A stretch of 64,000 nt of DNA from contig CM082597.2 in NCBI GenBank assembly GCA_040954595.2, positions 8,773,778 through 8,837,777 of the forward strand, given 5' to 3'. Below, one piece after another: positions 12,201 through 26,649 of the stretch. Position 1 is the stretch's first letter, and every line of letters starts with the position of its first letter. The stretch comes from Balanoglossus misakiensis (lineage: Eukaryota; Animalia; Hemichordata). The notes beneath the pieces were generated by a model. It made no database searches. It was not told the DNA's origin and saw only the letters and a list, made by a program, of their open reading frames with translations. The position numbers and the translations under genes were made by a program.

Positions 12201-15200
12201 ATGGGCACGATACTGGCCACTCTGGCCTAGTTAATGTTGACGCAAAGGTTGACCCCACCAAACACTCAAAATTAATGGGCAGAACACTGTCCACTACGGC
12301 CTGGTTACTGTGTGCTCTGGTTAATGTTGACGCAAAGGTTGACCCCACCAAACACTCAAAATTAATGGGCAGAACACTGTCCACTATGGCCTGGTTACTG
12401 TGTGCTCTGGTTAATGTTGACGCAAAGGTTGACCCCACCAAACACTCAAAATTAATGGGCAGAACACTGTCCACTACGGCCTGGTTACTGTGTGCTCTGA
12501 TTAATGTTGACGCAAAGGTTGACCCCACCAAACACTCAAAATTAATGGGCAGAACACTGTCCACTATGGCCTGGTTACTCTGTGCTCTGGTTAATGTTGA
12601 CGCAAAGGTTGACCCCACCAAACACTCAAAATTAATGGGCAGCACACTGTCCACTATGGCCTGGTTACTGTGTGCTCTGGTTAATTTTGACGCAAAGGTT
12701 GACCCCACCAAACACTCAAAATTAATGGGCAGAACACTGTCCACTACGGCCTGGTTACTGTGTGCTCTGGTTAATGTTGACGCAAAGGTTGACCCCACCA
12801 AACACTCAAAATTAATGGGCAGAACACTGTCCACTATGGCCTGGTTACTGTGTGCTCTGGTTAATGTTGACGCAAAGGTTGACCCCACCAAACACTCAAA
12901 ATTAATGGGCAGAACACTGTCCACTACGGCCTGGTTACTGTGTGCTCTGGTTAATGTTGACGCAAAGGTTGACCCCACCAAACACTCAAAATTAATGGGC
13001 AAAACACTGTCCACTACGGCCTGGTTACTGTGTGCTCTGGTTAATGTTGACGCAAAGGTTGACCCCACCAAACACTCAAAATTAATGGGCAGAACACTGT
13101 CCACTATGGCCTGGTTACTGTGTGCTCTGGTTAATGTTGACGCAAAGGTTGACCCCACCAAACACTCAAAATTAATGGGCAGCACACTGTCCACTATGGC
13201 CTGGTTACTGTGTGCTCTGGTTAATGTTGACGCAAAGGTTGACCCCACCAAACACTCAAAATTAATGGGCAGAACACTGTCCACTACGGCCTGGTTACTG
13301 TGTGCTCTGGTTAATGTTGACGCAAAGGTTGACCCCCACCAAACACTCAAAATTAATGGGCACGATACTGGCCACTCTGGCCTAGTTAATGTTGACGCAA
13401 AGGTTGACCCCACAAAACACTCAAAATTAATGGGCACGATACTGGCCACTCTGGCCTAGTTAATGTTGACGCAAAGGTTGACCCCACCAAACACTGAAAA
13501 TTAATGGGCACGATACTGGCCACTCTGGCCTAGTTAATGTTGACGCAAAGGTTGACCCCACCAAACACTCAAAATTAATGGGCACGATACTGGCCACTCT
13601 GGCCTAGTTAATGTTGACGCAAAGGTTGACCCCACCAAACACTCAAAATTAATGGGCAGAACACTGTCCACTACGGCCTGGTTACTGTGTGCTCTGGTTA
13701 ATGTTGACGCAAAGGTTGACCCCACCAAACACTCAAAATTAATGGGCAGAACACTGTCCATTAGGCCTGGTTACTGTGTGCTCTGGTTAATGTTGACGCA
13801 AAGGTTGACCCCACCAAACACTCAAAATTAATGGGCAGCACACTGTCCACTACGGCCTGGTTACTGTGTGCTCTGGTTAATGTTGACGCAAAGGTTGACC
13901 CCACCAAACACTCAAAATTAATGGGCAGAACACTGTCCACTACGGCCTGGTTACTGTGTGCTCTGGTTAATGTTGACGCAAAGGTTGACCTCACCAAACA
14001 CTCAAAATTAATGGGCAGAACACTGTCCACTACGGCCTGGTTACTGTGTGCTCTGGTTAATGTTGACGCAAAGGTTGACCCCACCAAACACTCAAAATTA
14101 ATGGGCAGAACACTGTCCACTACGGCCTGGTTACTGTGTGCTCTGGTTAATGTTGACGCAAAGGTTGACCCCACCAAACACTCAAAATTAATGGGCAGAA
14201 CACTGTCCACTACGGCCTGGTTACTGTGTGCTCTGGTTAATGTTGACGCAAAGGTTGACCCCACCAAACACTCAAAATTAATGGGCAGAACACTGTCCAC
14301 TACGGCCTGGTTACTGTGTGCTCTGGTTAATGTTGACGCAAAGGTTGACCCCACCAAACACTCAAAATTAATAGGCAGAACACTGTCCACTACGGCCTGG
14401 TTACTGTGTGCTCTGGTTAATGTTGACGCAAAGGTTGACCCCACCAAACACTCAAAATTAATGGGCAGAACACTGTCCACTACGGCCTGGTTACTGTGTG
14501 CTCTGGTTAATGTTGACGCAAAGGTTGACCCCACCAAACACTCAAAATTAATGGGCAGAACACTGTCCACTACGGCCTGGTTACTGTGTGCTCTGGTTAA
14601 TGTTGACGCAAAGGTTGACCCCACCAAACACTCAAAATTAATGGGCAGAACACTGTCCACTATGGCCTGGTTACTGTGTGCTCTGGTTAATGTTGACGCA
14701 AAGGTTGACCCCACCAAACACTCAAAATTAATGGGCAGCACACTGTCCACTATGGCCTGGTTACTGTGTGCTCTGGTTAATGTTGACGCAAAGGTTGACC
14801 CCACCAAACACTCAAAATTAATGGGCAGAACACTGTCCACTACGGCCTGGTTACTGTGTGCTCTGGTTAATGTTGACGCAAAGGTTGACCCCACCAAACA
14901 CTCAAAATTAATGGGCAGAACACTGTCCACTATGGCCTGGTTACTGTGTGCTCTGGTTAATGTTGACGCAAAGGTTGACCCCACCAAACACTCAAAATTA
15001 ATGGGCAGAACACTGTCCACTACGGCCTGGTTACTGTGTGCTCTGGTTAATGTTGACGCAAAGGTTGACCCCACCAAACACTCAAAATTAATGGGCAGAA
15101 CACTGTCCACTATGGCCTGGTTACTGTGTGCTCTGGTTAATGTTGACGCAAAGGTTGACCCCACCAAACACTCAAAATTAATGGGCAGAACACTGTCCAC

Positions 15201-18200
15201 TACGGCCTGGTTACTGTGTGCTCTGGTTAATGTTGACGCAAAGGTTGACCCCACCAAACACTCAAAATTAATGGGCAGAACACTGTCCACAACGGCCTGG
15301 TTACTGTGTGCTCTGGTTAATGTTGACGCAAAGGTTGACCCCACCAAACACTCAAAATTAATGGGCAGAACACTGTCCACTACGGCCTGGTTACTGTGTG
15401 CTCTGGTTAATGTTGACGCAAAGGTTGACCCCACCAAACACTCAAAATTAATGGGCAGAACACTGTCCACTACGGCCTGGTTACTGTGTGCTCTGGTTAA
15501 TGTTGACGCAAAGGTTGACCCCACCAAACACTCAAAATTAATGGGCAGAACACTGTCCACTACGGCCTGGTTACTGTGTGCTCTGGTTAATGTTGACGCA
15601 AAGGTTGACCCCACCAAACACTCAAAATTAATGGGCAGAACACTGTCCACTACGGCCTGGTTACTGTGTGCTCTGGTTAATGTTGACGCAAAGGTTGACC
15701 CCACCAAACACTCAAAATTAATGGGCAGAACACTGTCCACTACGGCCTGGTTACTGTGTGCTCTGGTTAATGTTGACGCAAAGGTTGACCCCACCAAACA
15801 CTCAAAATTAATGGGCAGAACACTGTCCACTATGGCCTGGTTACTGTGTGCTCTGGTTAATGTTGACGCAAAGGTTGACCCCACCAAACACTCAAAATTA
15901 ATGGGCAGAACACTGTCCATTAGGCCTGGTTACTGTGTGCTCTGATTAATGTTGACGCAAAGGTTGACCCCACCAAACACTCAAAATTAATGGGCAGCAC
16001 ACTGTCCACTACGGCCTGGTTACTGTGTGCTCTGGTTAATGTTGACGCAAAGGTTGACCCCACCAAACACTCAAAATTAATGGGCAGAACACTGTCCACT
16101 ATGGCCTGGTTACTGTGTGCTCTGGTTAATGTTGACGCAAAGGTTGACCCCACCAAACACTCAAAATTAATGGGCAGAACACTGTCCACTACGGCCTGGT
16201 TACTGTGTGCTCTGGTTAATGTTGACGCAAAGGTTGACCCCACCAAACACTCAAAATTAATGGGCAGAACACTGTCCACTACGGCCTGGTTACTGTGTGC
16301 TCTGGTTAATGTTGACGCAAAGGTTGACCCCACCAAACACTCAAAATTAATGGGCAGAACACTGTCCACTACGGCCTGGTTACTGTGTGCTCTGGTTAAT
16401 GTTGACGCAAAGGTTGACCCCACCAAACACTCAAAATTAATGGGCAGAACACTGTCCACTACGGCCTGGTTACTGTGTGCTCTGGTTAATGTTGACGCAA
16501 AGGTTGACCCCACCAAACACTCAAAATTAATGGGCAGCACACTGTCCACTATGGCCTGGTTACTGTGTGCTCTGGTTAATGTTGACGCAAAGGTTGACCC
16601 CACCAAACACTCAAAATTAATGGGCAGCACACTGTCCACTATGGCCTGGTTACTGTGTGCTCTGGTTAATGTTGACGCAAAGGTTGACCCCACCAAACAC
16701 TCAAAATTAATGGGCAGAACACTGTCCACTACGGCCTGGTTACTGTGTGCTCTGGTTAATGTTGACGCAAAGGTTGACCCCACCAAACACTCAAAATTAA
16801 TGGGCAGAACACTGTCCACTACGGCCTGGTTACTGTGTGCTCTGGTTAATGTTGACGCAAAGGTTGACCCCACCAAACACTCAAAATTAATGGGCAGAAC
16901 ACTGTCCACTACGGCCTGGTTACTGTGTGCTCTGGTTAATGTTGACGCAAAGGTTGACCCCACCAAACACTCAAAATTAATGGGCAGAACACTGTCCACT
17001 ATGGCCTGGTTACTGTGTGCTCTGGTTAATGTTGACGCAAAGGTTGACCCCACCAAACACTCAAAATTTATGGGCAGAACACTGTCCACTACGGCCTGGT
17101 TACTGTGTGCTCTGGTTAATGTTGACGCAAAGGTTGACCCCACCAAACACTCAAAATTAATGGGCAGAACACTGTCCACTACGGCCTGGTTACTGTGTGC
17201 TCTGGTTAATGTTGACGCAAAGGTTGACCCCACCAAACACTCAAAATTAATGGGCAGAACACTGTCCACTATGGCCTGGTTACTGTGTGCTCTGGTTAAT
17301 GTTGACGCAAAGGTTGACCCCACCAAACACTCAAAATTAATGGGCAGAACACTGTCCACAACGGCCTGGTTACTGTGTGCTCTGGTTAATGTTGACGCAA
17401 AGGTTGACCCCACCAAACACTCAAAATTAATGGGCAGAACACTGTCCACTACGGCCTGGTTACTGTGTGCTCTGGTTAATGTTGACGCAAAGGTTGACCC
17501 CACCAAACACTCAAAATTAATGGGCAGAACACTGTCCACTACGGCCTGGTTACTGTGTGCTCTGGTTAATGTTGACGCAAAGGTTGACCCCACCAAACAC
17601 TCAAAATTAATGGGCAGAACACTGTCCACTACGGCCTGGTTACTGTGTGCTCTGGTTAATGTTGACGCAAAGGTTGACCCCACCAAACACTCAAAATTAA
17701 TGGGCAGAACACTGTCCACTATGGCCTGGTTACTGTGTGCTCTGGTTAATGTTGACGCAAAGGTTGACCCCACCAAACACTCAAAATTAATGGGCAGAAC
17801 ACTGTCCACTACGGCCTGGTTACTGTGTGCTCTGGTTAATGTTGACGCAAAGGTTGACCCCACCAAACACTCAAAATTAATGGGCAGCACACTGTCCACT
17901 ATGGCCTGGTTACTGTGTGCTCTGGTTAATGTTGACGCAAAGGTTGACCCCACCAAACACTCAAAATTAATGGGCAGAACACTGTCCACTACGGCCTGGT
18001 TACTGTGTGCTCTGGTTAATGTTGACGCAAAGGTTGACCCCACCAAACACTCAAAATTAATGGGCAGAACACTGTCCACTACGGCCTGGTTACTGTGTGC
18101 TCTGGTTAATGTTGACGCAAAGGTTGACCCCACCAAACACTCAAAATTAATGGGCAGAACACTGTCCACTACGGCCTGGTTACTGTGTGCTCTGGTTAAT

Positions 18201-21200
18201 GTTGACGCAAAGGTTGACCCCACCAAACACTCAAAATTAATGGGCAGAACACTGTCCACTACGGCCTGGTTACTGTGTGCTCTGGTTAATGTTGACGCAA
18301 AGGTTGACCCCACCAAACACTCAAAATTAATGGGCAGCACACTGTCCACTATGGCCTGGTTACTGTGTGCTCTGGTTAATGTTGACGCAAAGGTTGACCC
18401 CACCAAACACTCAAAATTAATGGGCAGAACACTGTCCACTACGGCCTGGTTACTGTGTGCTCTGGTTAATGTTGACGCAAAGGTTGACCCCCACCAAACA
18501 CTCAAAATTAATGGGCACGATACTGGCCACTCTGGCCTAGTTAATGTTGACGCAAAGGTTGACCCCACCAAACACTCAAAATTAATGGGCACGATACTGG
18601 CCACTCTGGCCTAGTTAATGTTGACGCAATGGTTGACCCCACCAAACACTCAAAATTAATGGGCACGATACTGGCCACTCTGGCCTAGTTAATGTTGACG
18701 CAAAGGTTGACCCCACCAAACACTCAAAATTAATGGGCACGATACTGGCCACTCTGGCCTAGTTAATGTTGACGCAAAGGTTGACCCCACCAAACCCTCA
18801 AAATTAATGGGCAGAACACTGTCCACTACGGCCTGGTTACTGTGTGCTCTGGTTAATGTTGACGCAAAGGTTGACCCCACCAAACACTCAAAATTAATGG
18901 GCAGAACACTGTCCACTACGGCCTGGTTACTGTGTGCTCTGGTTAATGTTGACGCAAAGGTTGACCCCACCAAACACTCAAAATTAATGGGCAGAACACT
19001 GTCCACTACGGCCTGGTTACTGTGTGCTCTGGTTAATGTTGACGCAAAGGTTGACCCCACCAAACACTCAAAATTAATGGGCAGCACACTGTCCACTATG
19101 GCCTGGTTACTGTGTGCTCTGGTTAATGTTGACGCAAAGGTTGACCCCACCAAACACTCAAAATTAATGGGCAGCACACTGTCCACTATGGCCTGGTTAC
19201 TGTGTGCTCTGGTTAATGTTGACGCAAAGGTTGACCCCACCAAACACTCAAAATTAATGGGCAGAACACTGTCCACTACGGCCTGGTTACTGTGTGCTCT
19301 GGTTAATGTTGACGCAAAGGTTGACCCCACCAAACACTCAAAATTAATGGGCAGAACACTGTCCACTATGGCCTGGTTACTGTGTGCTCTGGTTAATGTT
19401 GACGCAAAGGTTGACCCCACCAAACACTCAAAATTAATGGGCAGAACACTGTCCACTACGGCCTGGTTACTGTGTGCTCTGGTTAATGTTGACGCAAAGG
19501 TTGACCCCACCAAACACTCAAAATTAATGGGCAGAACACTGTCCACTACGGCCTGGTTACTGTGTGCTCTGGTTAATGTTGACGCAAAGGTTGACCCCAC
19601 CAAACACTCAAAATTAATGGGCAGAACACTGTCCACTATGGCCTGGTTACTGTGTGCTCTGGTTAATGTTGACGCAAAGGTTGACCCCACCAAACACTCA
19701 AAATTAATGGGCAGCACACTGTCCACTATGGCCTGGTTACTGTGTGCTCTGGTTAATGTTGACGCAAAGGTTGACCCCACCAAACACTCAAAATTAATGG
19801 GCAGAACACTGTCCACTACGGCCTGGTTACTGTGTGCTCTGGTTAATGTTGACGCAAAGGTTGACCCCCACCAAACACTCAAAATTAATGGGCACGATAC
19901 TGGCCACTCTGGCCTAGTTAATGTTGACGCAAAGGTTGACCCCACCAAACACTCAAAATTAATGGGCACGATACTGGCCACTCTGGCCTAGTTAATGTTG
20001 ACGCAATGGTTGACCCCACCAAACACTCAAAATTAATGGGCACGATACTGGCCACTCTGGCCTAGTTAATGTTGACGCAAAGGTTGACCCCACCAAACAC
20101 TCAAAATTAATGGGCACGATACTGGCCACTCTGGCCTAGTTAATGTTGACGCAAAGGTTGACCCCACCAAACCCTCAAAATTAATGGGCAGAACACTGTC
20201 CACTACGGCCTGGTTACTGTGTGCTCTGGTTAATGTTGACGCAAAGGTTGACCCCACCAAACACTCAAAATTAATGGGCAGAACACTGTCCACTACGGCC
20301 TGGTTACTGTGTGCTCTGGTTAATGTTGACGCAAAGGTTGACCCCACCAAACACTCAAAATTAATGGGCAGCACACTGTCCACTATGGCCTGGTTACTGT
20401 GTGCTCTGGTTAATGTTGACGCAAAGGTTGACCCCACCAAACACTCAAAATTAATGGGCAGAACACTGTCCACTACGGCCTGGTTACTGTGTGCTCTGGT
20501 TAATGTTGACGCAAAGGTTGACCCCACCAAACACTCAAAATTAATGGGCAGAACACTGTCCACTACGGCCTGGTTACTGTGTGCTCTGGTTAATGTTGAC
20601 GCAAAGGTTGACCCCACCAAACACTCAAAATTAATGGGCAGAACACTGTCCACTATGGCCTGGTTACTGTGTGCTCTGGTTAATGTTGACGCAAAGGTTT
20701 ACCCCACCAAACACTCAAAATTAATGGGCAGAACACTGTCCACTACGGCCTGGTTACTGTGTGCTCTGGTTAATGTTGACGCAAAGGTTGACCCCACCAA
20801 ACACTCAAAATTAATGGGCAGCACACTGTCCACTATGGCCTGGTTACTGTGTGCTCTGGTTAATGTTGACGCAAAGGTTGACCCCACCAAACACTCAAAA
20901 TTAATGGGCAGAACACTGTCCACTACGGCCTGGTTACTGTGTGCTCTGGTTAATGTTGACGCAAAGGTTGACCCCACCAAACACTCAAAATTAATGGGCA
21001 GAACACTGTCCACTACGGCCTGGTTACTGTGTGCTCTGGTTAATGTTGACGCAAAGGTTGACCCCCACCAAACACTCAAAATTAATGGGCACGATACTGG
21101 CCACTCTGGCCTAGTTAATGTTGACGCAAAGGTTGACCCCACCAAACACTCAAAATTAATGGGCACGATACTGGCCACTCTGGCCTAGTTAATGTTGACG

Positions 21201-24200
21201 CAATGGTTGACCCCACCAAACACTCAAAATTAATGGGCACGATACTGGCCACTCTGGCCTAGTTAATGTTGACGCAAAGGTTGACCCCACCAAACCCTCA
21301 AAATTAATGGGCAGAACACTGTCCACTACGGCCTGGTTACTGTGTGCTCTGGTTAATGTTGACGCAAAGGTTGACCCCACCAAACACTCAAAATTAATGG
21401 GCACGATACTGGCCACTCTGGCCTAGTTAATGTTGACGCAATGGTTGACCCCACCAAACACTCAAAATTAATGGGCACGATACTGGCCACTCTGGCCTAG
21501 TTAATGTTGACGCAAAGGTTGACCCCACCAAACACTCAAAATTAATGGGCACGATACTGGCCACTCTGGCCTAGTTAATGTTGACGCAAAGGTTGACCCC
21601 ACCAAACCCTCAAAATTAATGGGCAGAACACTGTCCACTACGGCCTGGTTACTGTGTGCTCTGGTTAATGTTGACGCAAAGGTCGACCCCACCAAACACT
21701 CAAAATTAAAGGGCAGAACACTGTCCACTACGGCCTGGTTACTGTGTGCTCTTGTTAATGTTGACGCAAAGGTTGACCCCACCAAACACTCAAAATTAAT
21801 GGGCAGCACACTGTCCACTATGGCCTGGTTACTGTGTGCTCTGGTTAATGTTGACGCAAAGGTTGACCCCACCAAACACTCAAAATTAATGGGCAGAACA
21901 CTGTCCACTACGGCCTGGTTACTGTGTGCTCTGGTTAATGTTGACGCAAAGGTTGACCCCACCAAACACTCAAAATTAATGGGCAGAACACTGTCCACTA
22001 CGGCCTGGTTACTGTGTGCTCTGGTTAATGTTGACGCAAAGGTTGACCCCACCAAACACTCAAAATTAATGGGCAGAACACTGTCCACTATGGCCTGGTT
22101 ACTGTGTGCTCTGGTTAATGTTGACGCAAAGGTTTACCCCACCAAACACTCAAAATTAATGGGCAGAACACTGTCCACTACGGCCTGGTTACTGTGTGCT
22201 CTGGTTAATGTTGACGCAAAGGTTGACCCCACCAAACACTCAAAATTAATGGGCAGCACACTGTCCACTATGGCCTGGTTACTGTGTGCTCTGGTTAATG
22301 TTGACGCAAAGGTTGACCCCACCAAACACTCAAAATTAATGGGCAGAACACTGTCCACTACGGCCTGGTTACTGTGTGCTCTGGTTAATGTTGACGCAAA
22401 GGTTGACCCCACCAAACACTCAAAATTAATGGGCAGAACACTGTCCACTACGGCCTGGTTACTGTGTGCTCTGGTTAATGTTGACGCAAAGGTTGACCCC
22501 CACCAAACACTCAAAATTAATGGGCACGATACTGGCCACTCTGGCCTAGTTAATGTTGACGCAAAGGTTGACCCCACCAAACACTCAAAATTAATGGGCA
22601 CGATACTGGCCACTCTGGCCTAGTTAATGTTGACGCAATGGTTGACCCCACCAAACACTCAAAATTAATGGGCACGATACTGGCCACTCTGGCCTAGTTA
22701 ATGTTGACGCAAAGGTTGACCCCACCAAACCCTCAAAATTAATGGGCAGAACACTGTCCACTACGGCCTGGTTACTGTGTGCTCTGGTTAATGTTGACGC
22801 AAAGGTTGACCCCACCAAACACTCAAAATTAATGGGCAGAACACTGTCCACTACGGCCTGGTTACTGTGTGCTCTGGTTAATGTTGACGCAAAGGTTGAC
22901 CCCACCAAACACTCAAAATTAATGGGCAGAACACTGTCCACTACGGCCTGGTTACTGTGTGCTCTGGTTAATGTTGACGCAAAGGTTGACCCCACCAAAC
23001 ACTCAAAATTAATGGGCAGCACACTGTCCACTATGGCCTGGTTACTGTGTGCTCTGGTTAATGTTGACGCAAAGGTTGACCCCACCAAACACTCAAAATT
23101 AATGGGCAGAACACTGTCCACTACGGCCTGGTTACTGTGTGCTCTGGTTAATGTTGACGCAAAGGTTGACCCCACCAAACACTCAAAATTAATGGGCAGA
23201 ACACTGTCCACTACGGCCTGGTTACTGTGTGCTCTGGTTAATGTTGACGCAAAGGTTGACCCCACCAAACACTCAAAATTAATGGGCAGAACACTGTCCA
23301 CTATGGCCTGGTTACTGTGTGCTCTGGTTAATGTTGACGCAAAGGTTTACCCCACCAAACACTCAAAATTAATGGGCAGAACACTGTCCACTACGGCCTG
23401 GTTACTGTGTGCTCTGGTTAATGTTGACGCAAAGGTTGACCCCACCAAACACTCAAAATTAATGGGCAGCACACTGTCCACTATGGCCTGGTTACTGTGT
23501 GCTCTGGTTAATGTTGACGCAAAGGTTGACCCCACCAAACACTCAAAATTAATGGGCAGCACACTGTCCACTATGGCCTGGTTACTGTGTGCTCTGGTTA
23601 ATGTTGACGCAAAGGTTGACCCCACCAAACACTCAAAATTAATGGGCAGAACACTGTCCACTACGGCCTGGTTACTGTGTGCTCTGGTTAATGTTGACGC
23701 AAAGGTTGACCCCACCAAACACTCAAAATTAATGGGCAGAACACTGTCCACTATGGCCTGGTTACTGTGTGCTCTGGTTAATGTTGACGCAAAGGTTGAC
23801 CCCACCAAACACTCAAAATTAATGGGCAGAACACTGTCCACTACGGCCTGGTTACTGTGTGCTCTGGTTAATGTTGACGCAAAGGTTGACCCCACCAAAC
23901 ACTCAAAATTAATGGGCAGAACACTGTCCACTACGGCCTGGTTACTGTGTGCTCTGGTTAATGTTGACGCAAAGGTTGACCCCACCAAACACTCAAAATT
24001 AATGGGCAGAACACTGTCCACTATGGCCTGGTTACTGTGTGCTCTGGTTAATGTTGACGCAAAGGTTGACCCCACCAAACACTCAAAATTAATGGGCAGC
24101 ACACTGTCCACTATGGCCTGGTTACTGTGTGCTCTGGTTAATGTTGACGCAAAGGTTGACCCCACCAAACACTCAAAATTAATGGGCAGAACACTCTCCA

Positions 24201-25600
24201 CTACGGCCTGGTTACTGTGTGCTCTGGTTAATGTTGACGCAAAGGTTGACCCCCACCAAACACTCAAAATTAATGGGCACGATACTGGCCACTCTGGCCT
24301 AGTTAATGTTGACGCAAAGGTTGACCCCACCAAACACTCAAAATTAATGGGCACGATACTGGCCACTCTGGCCTAGTTAATGTTGACGCAAAGGTTGACC
24401 CCACCAAACACTCAAAATTAATGGGCACGATACTGGCCACTCTGGCCTAGTTAATGTTGACGCAAAGGTTGACCCCACCAAACACTCAAAATTAATGGGC
24501 ACGATACTGGCCACTCTGGCCTAGTTAATGTTGACGCAAAGGTTGACCCCACCAAACACTCAAAATTAATGGGCAGAACACTGTCCACTACGGCCTGGTT
24601 ACTGTGTGCTCTGGTTAATGTTGACGCAAAGGTTGACCCCACCAAACACTCAAAATTAATGGGCAGAACACTGTCCACTACGGCCTGGTTACTGTGTGCT
24701 CTGGTTAATGTTGACGCAAAGGTTGACCCCACCAAACACTCAAAATTAATGGGCAGAACACTGTCCACTACGGCCTGGTTACTGTGTGCTCTGGTTAATG
24801 TTGACGCAAAGGTTGACCCCACCAAACACTCAAAATTAATGGGCAGCACACTGTCCACTATGGCCTGGTTACTGTGCGCTCTGGTTAATGTTGACGCAAA
24901 GGTTGACCCCACCAAACACTCAAAATTAATGGGCACGATACTGGCCACTCTGGCCTAGTTAATGTTGACGCAAAGGTTGACCCCACCAAACACTCAAAAT
25001 TAATGGGCAGAACACTGTCCACTACGGCCTGGTTACTGTGTGCTCTGGTTAATGTTGACGCAAAGGTTGACCCCACCAAACACTCAAAATTAATGGGCAG
25101 AACACTGTCCACTACGGCCTGGTTACTGTGTGCTCTGGTTAATGTTGACGCAAAGGTTGACCCCACCAAACACTCAAAATTAATGGGCAGAACACTGTCC
25201 ACTACGGCCTGGTTACTGTGTGCTCTGGTTAATGTTGACGCAAAGGTTGACCCCACCAAACACTCAAAATTAATGGGCAGCACACTGTCCACTATGGCCT
25301 GGTTACTGTGCGCTCTGGTTAATGTTGACGCAAAGGTTGACCCCACCAAACACTCAAAATTAATGGGCAGAACACTGTCCACTACGGCCTGGTTACTGTG
25401 TGCTCTGGTTAATGTTGACGCAAAGGTTGACCCCACCAAACACTCAAAATTAATGGGCAGAACACTGTCCACTATGGCCTGGTTACTGTGTGCTCTGGTT
25501 AATGTTGACGCAAAGGTTGACCCCCATCAAACACTCAAAATTAATGGGCACGATACTGGCCACTCTGGCCTGGTTACTGTGTGCTCTGGTTAATGTTAAT
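6245..25600. repeat. ~19.3-kb satellite array of 90-bp monomers interspersed with 74/75-bp variants, with higher-order blocks
   Basis: 90-mer gttaatgttgacgcaaaggttgaccccaccaaacactcaaaattaatgggcagaacactgtccacta(c/t)ggcctggttactgtgtgctctg; short form ends gggcacgatactggccactctggccta; roughly 220 monomers estimated from length. Confidence 0.99.
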
Positions 25601-25808
25601 GGTAGGTTTTGTGGACTAAATGTCAATCTTTGTACTATTCGTACATGAAACTTTTCTTTCAAATACAACTTACAGACCAACATAGACAGTCATGCTTATA
25701 TAAGTATGACTATCTATTAAAGTAACATTCATATCATGATTGTTGTTTTACACTGTGTTTTCAAAGTAATTGTTGCAGTAAACCAATTGCCTTGCTTGGA
25801 AATATTAA

Positions 25809-25915
25809 AAGGGAAGTCCTGTCCAGCTGATTTATGCATAATTTCTACACAATGTTTTTTTCTGAAAGAATGACCTCAAAGCTACCCAATTATGTAGCTG
25901 AACCGGACTTCCCCT
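25809..25915. mobile_element. Small TTAA-flanked MITE (related fragment at ~29470-29549)
   Basis: TTAA-aagggaagtcc...ggacttcccct-TTAA; the internal ctgaaaga.tgacctcaaagctac..aattatgtag motif recurs at ~29485. Confidence 0.7.
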
Positions 25916-26216
25916 TTAAATGCTACCAGTGAGCTTGTTTGTCTTTGTAAATACACTCAAGTATTAATCCCCTTTTTCTCAGAATTCAATGCATCTTCAT
26001 GCCATGAGGTGAGAGGACACTTTTGTTAGCAGGAGGGAAACAAATCCAAAATAAATAATAACAGTGCAAAGTTGGTCTGCTGACTTTCTCCACATTTCAT
26101 TATTGAATTACGGCAAAATTATGAAATCCAATTATGAAATTCAGCTTTTTGTCCACTTTTTGTTGCTGCAAATTCATTGCGGTATAAAGGTCAATAATAT
26201 GACAAATCTTGGTTAA

Positions 26217-26401
26217 AAGTATACAGTCACCTTCAATACACATTCCCATATATGGCTGAATGGCGTATTTGAGCATTCTAAAGAACATATGGTGGCGCCT
26301 GTTTTCCACGTGTGCCACCAAATGAAAATCTGTGATTGGCTAGATTTCAATTTTCCATGGTAACTATATATAGCTAATTTTCCATGGGTGATCATATACC
26401 T
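26217..26401. mobile_element. TTAA-flanked MITE (inverted partial copy at ~41521-41655)
   Basis: TTAA-aagtatacagtcacc...ggtgatcatatacct-TTAA; reverse-complement similarity to 41521-41655. Confidence 0.75.
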
Positions 26402-26430
26402 TTAACTCTATAGTTTAACATGATACTTAC

Positions 26431-26616
26431 GAACACATGATTGGTTAAAAGTGTAGACATCATACATTGAGAGACCAGTTTCTCCAGGTGGTAGATAGAA
26501 TCCACCTGTGCCGTTATTTGCATATAAGAGATAGCCTTCTTCACAGGAACATTGAAAACCACCTGCAGTGTTTTTACAAAGTTGATCACAAGAATGTGAA
26601 GCACATTCATTTATAT
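26431..26616 (-). CDS. uif: uif-like exon P (cbEGF with Uninflatable-type long insertion)
   Basis: ttgtag|DINECASHSCDQLCKNTAGGFQCSCEEGYLLYANNGTGGFYLPPGETGLSMYDVYTFNQSCV|gtaagt; 186 nt; this frame is absent from the ORF track. Confidence 0.9.
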
Positions 26617-26649
26617 CTACAAAGAAGGAACATGGATTGGATTAAAACA

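Noticed and set aside
6393-25593. Very long ORFs on both strands (up to 894 aa) with 30-aa repeats
   Set aside because: They arise because the 90-bp monomer is stop-free in these frames. Frames break at 74-bp units and 1-bp deletions, and there is no unique N- or C-terminal domain or splice context.
3563-25600. CRISPR-like repeat arrays
   Set aside because: Head-to-tail repeats without unique spacers, no cas genes, eukaryotic context.
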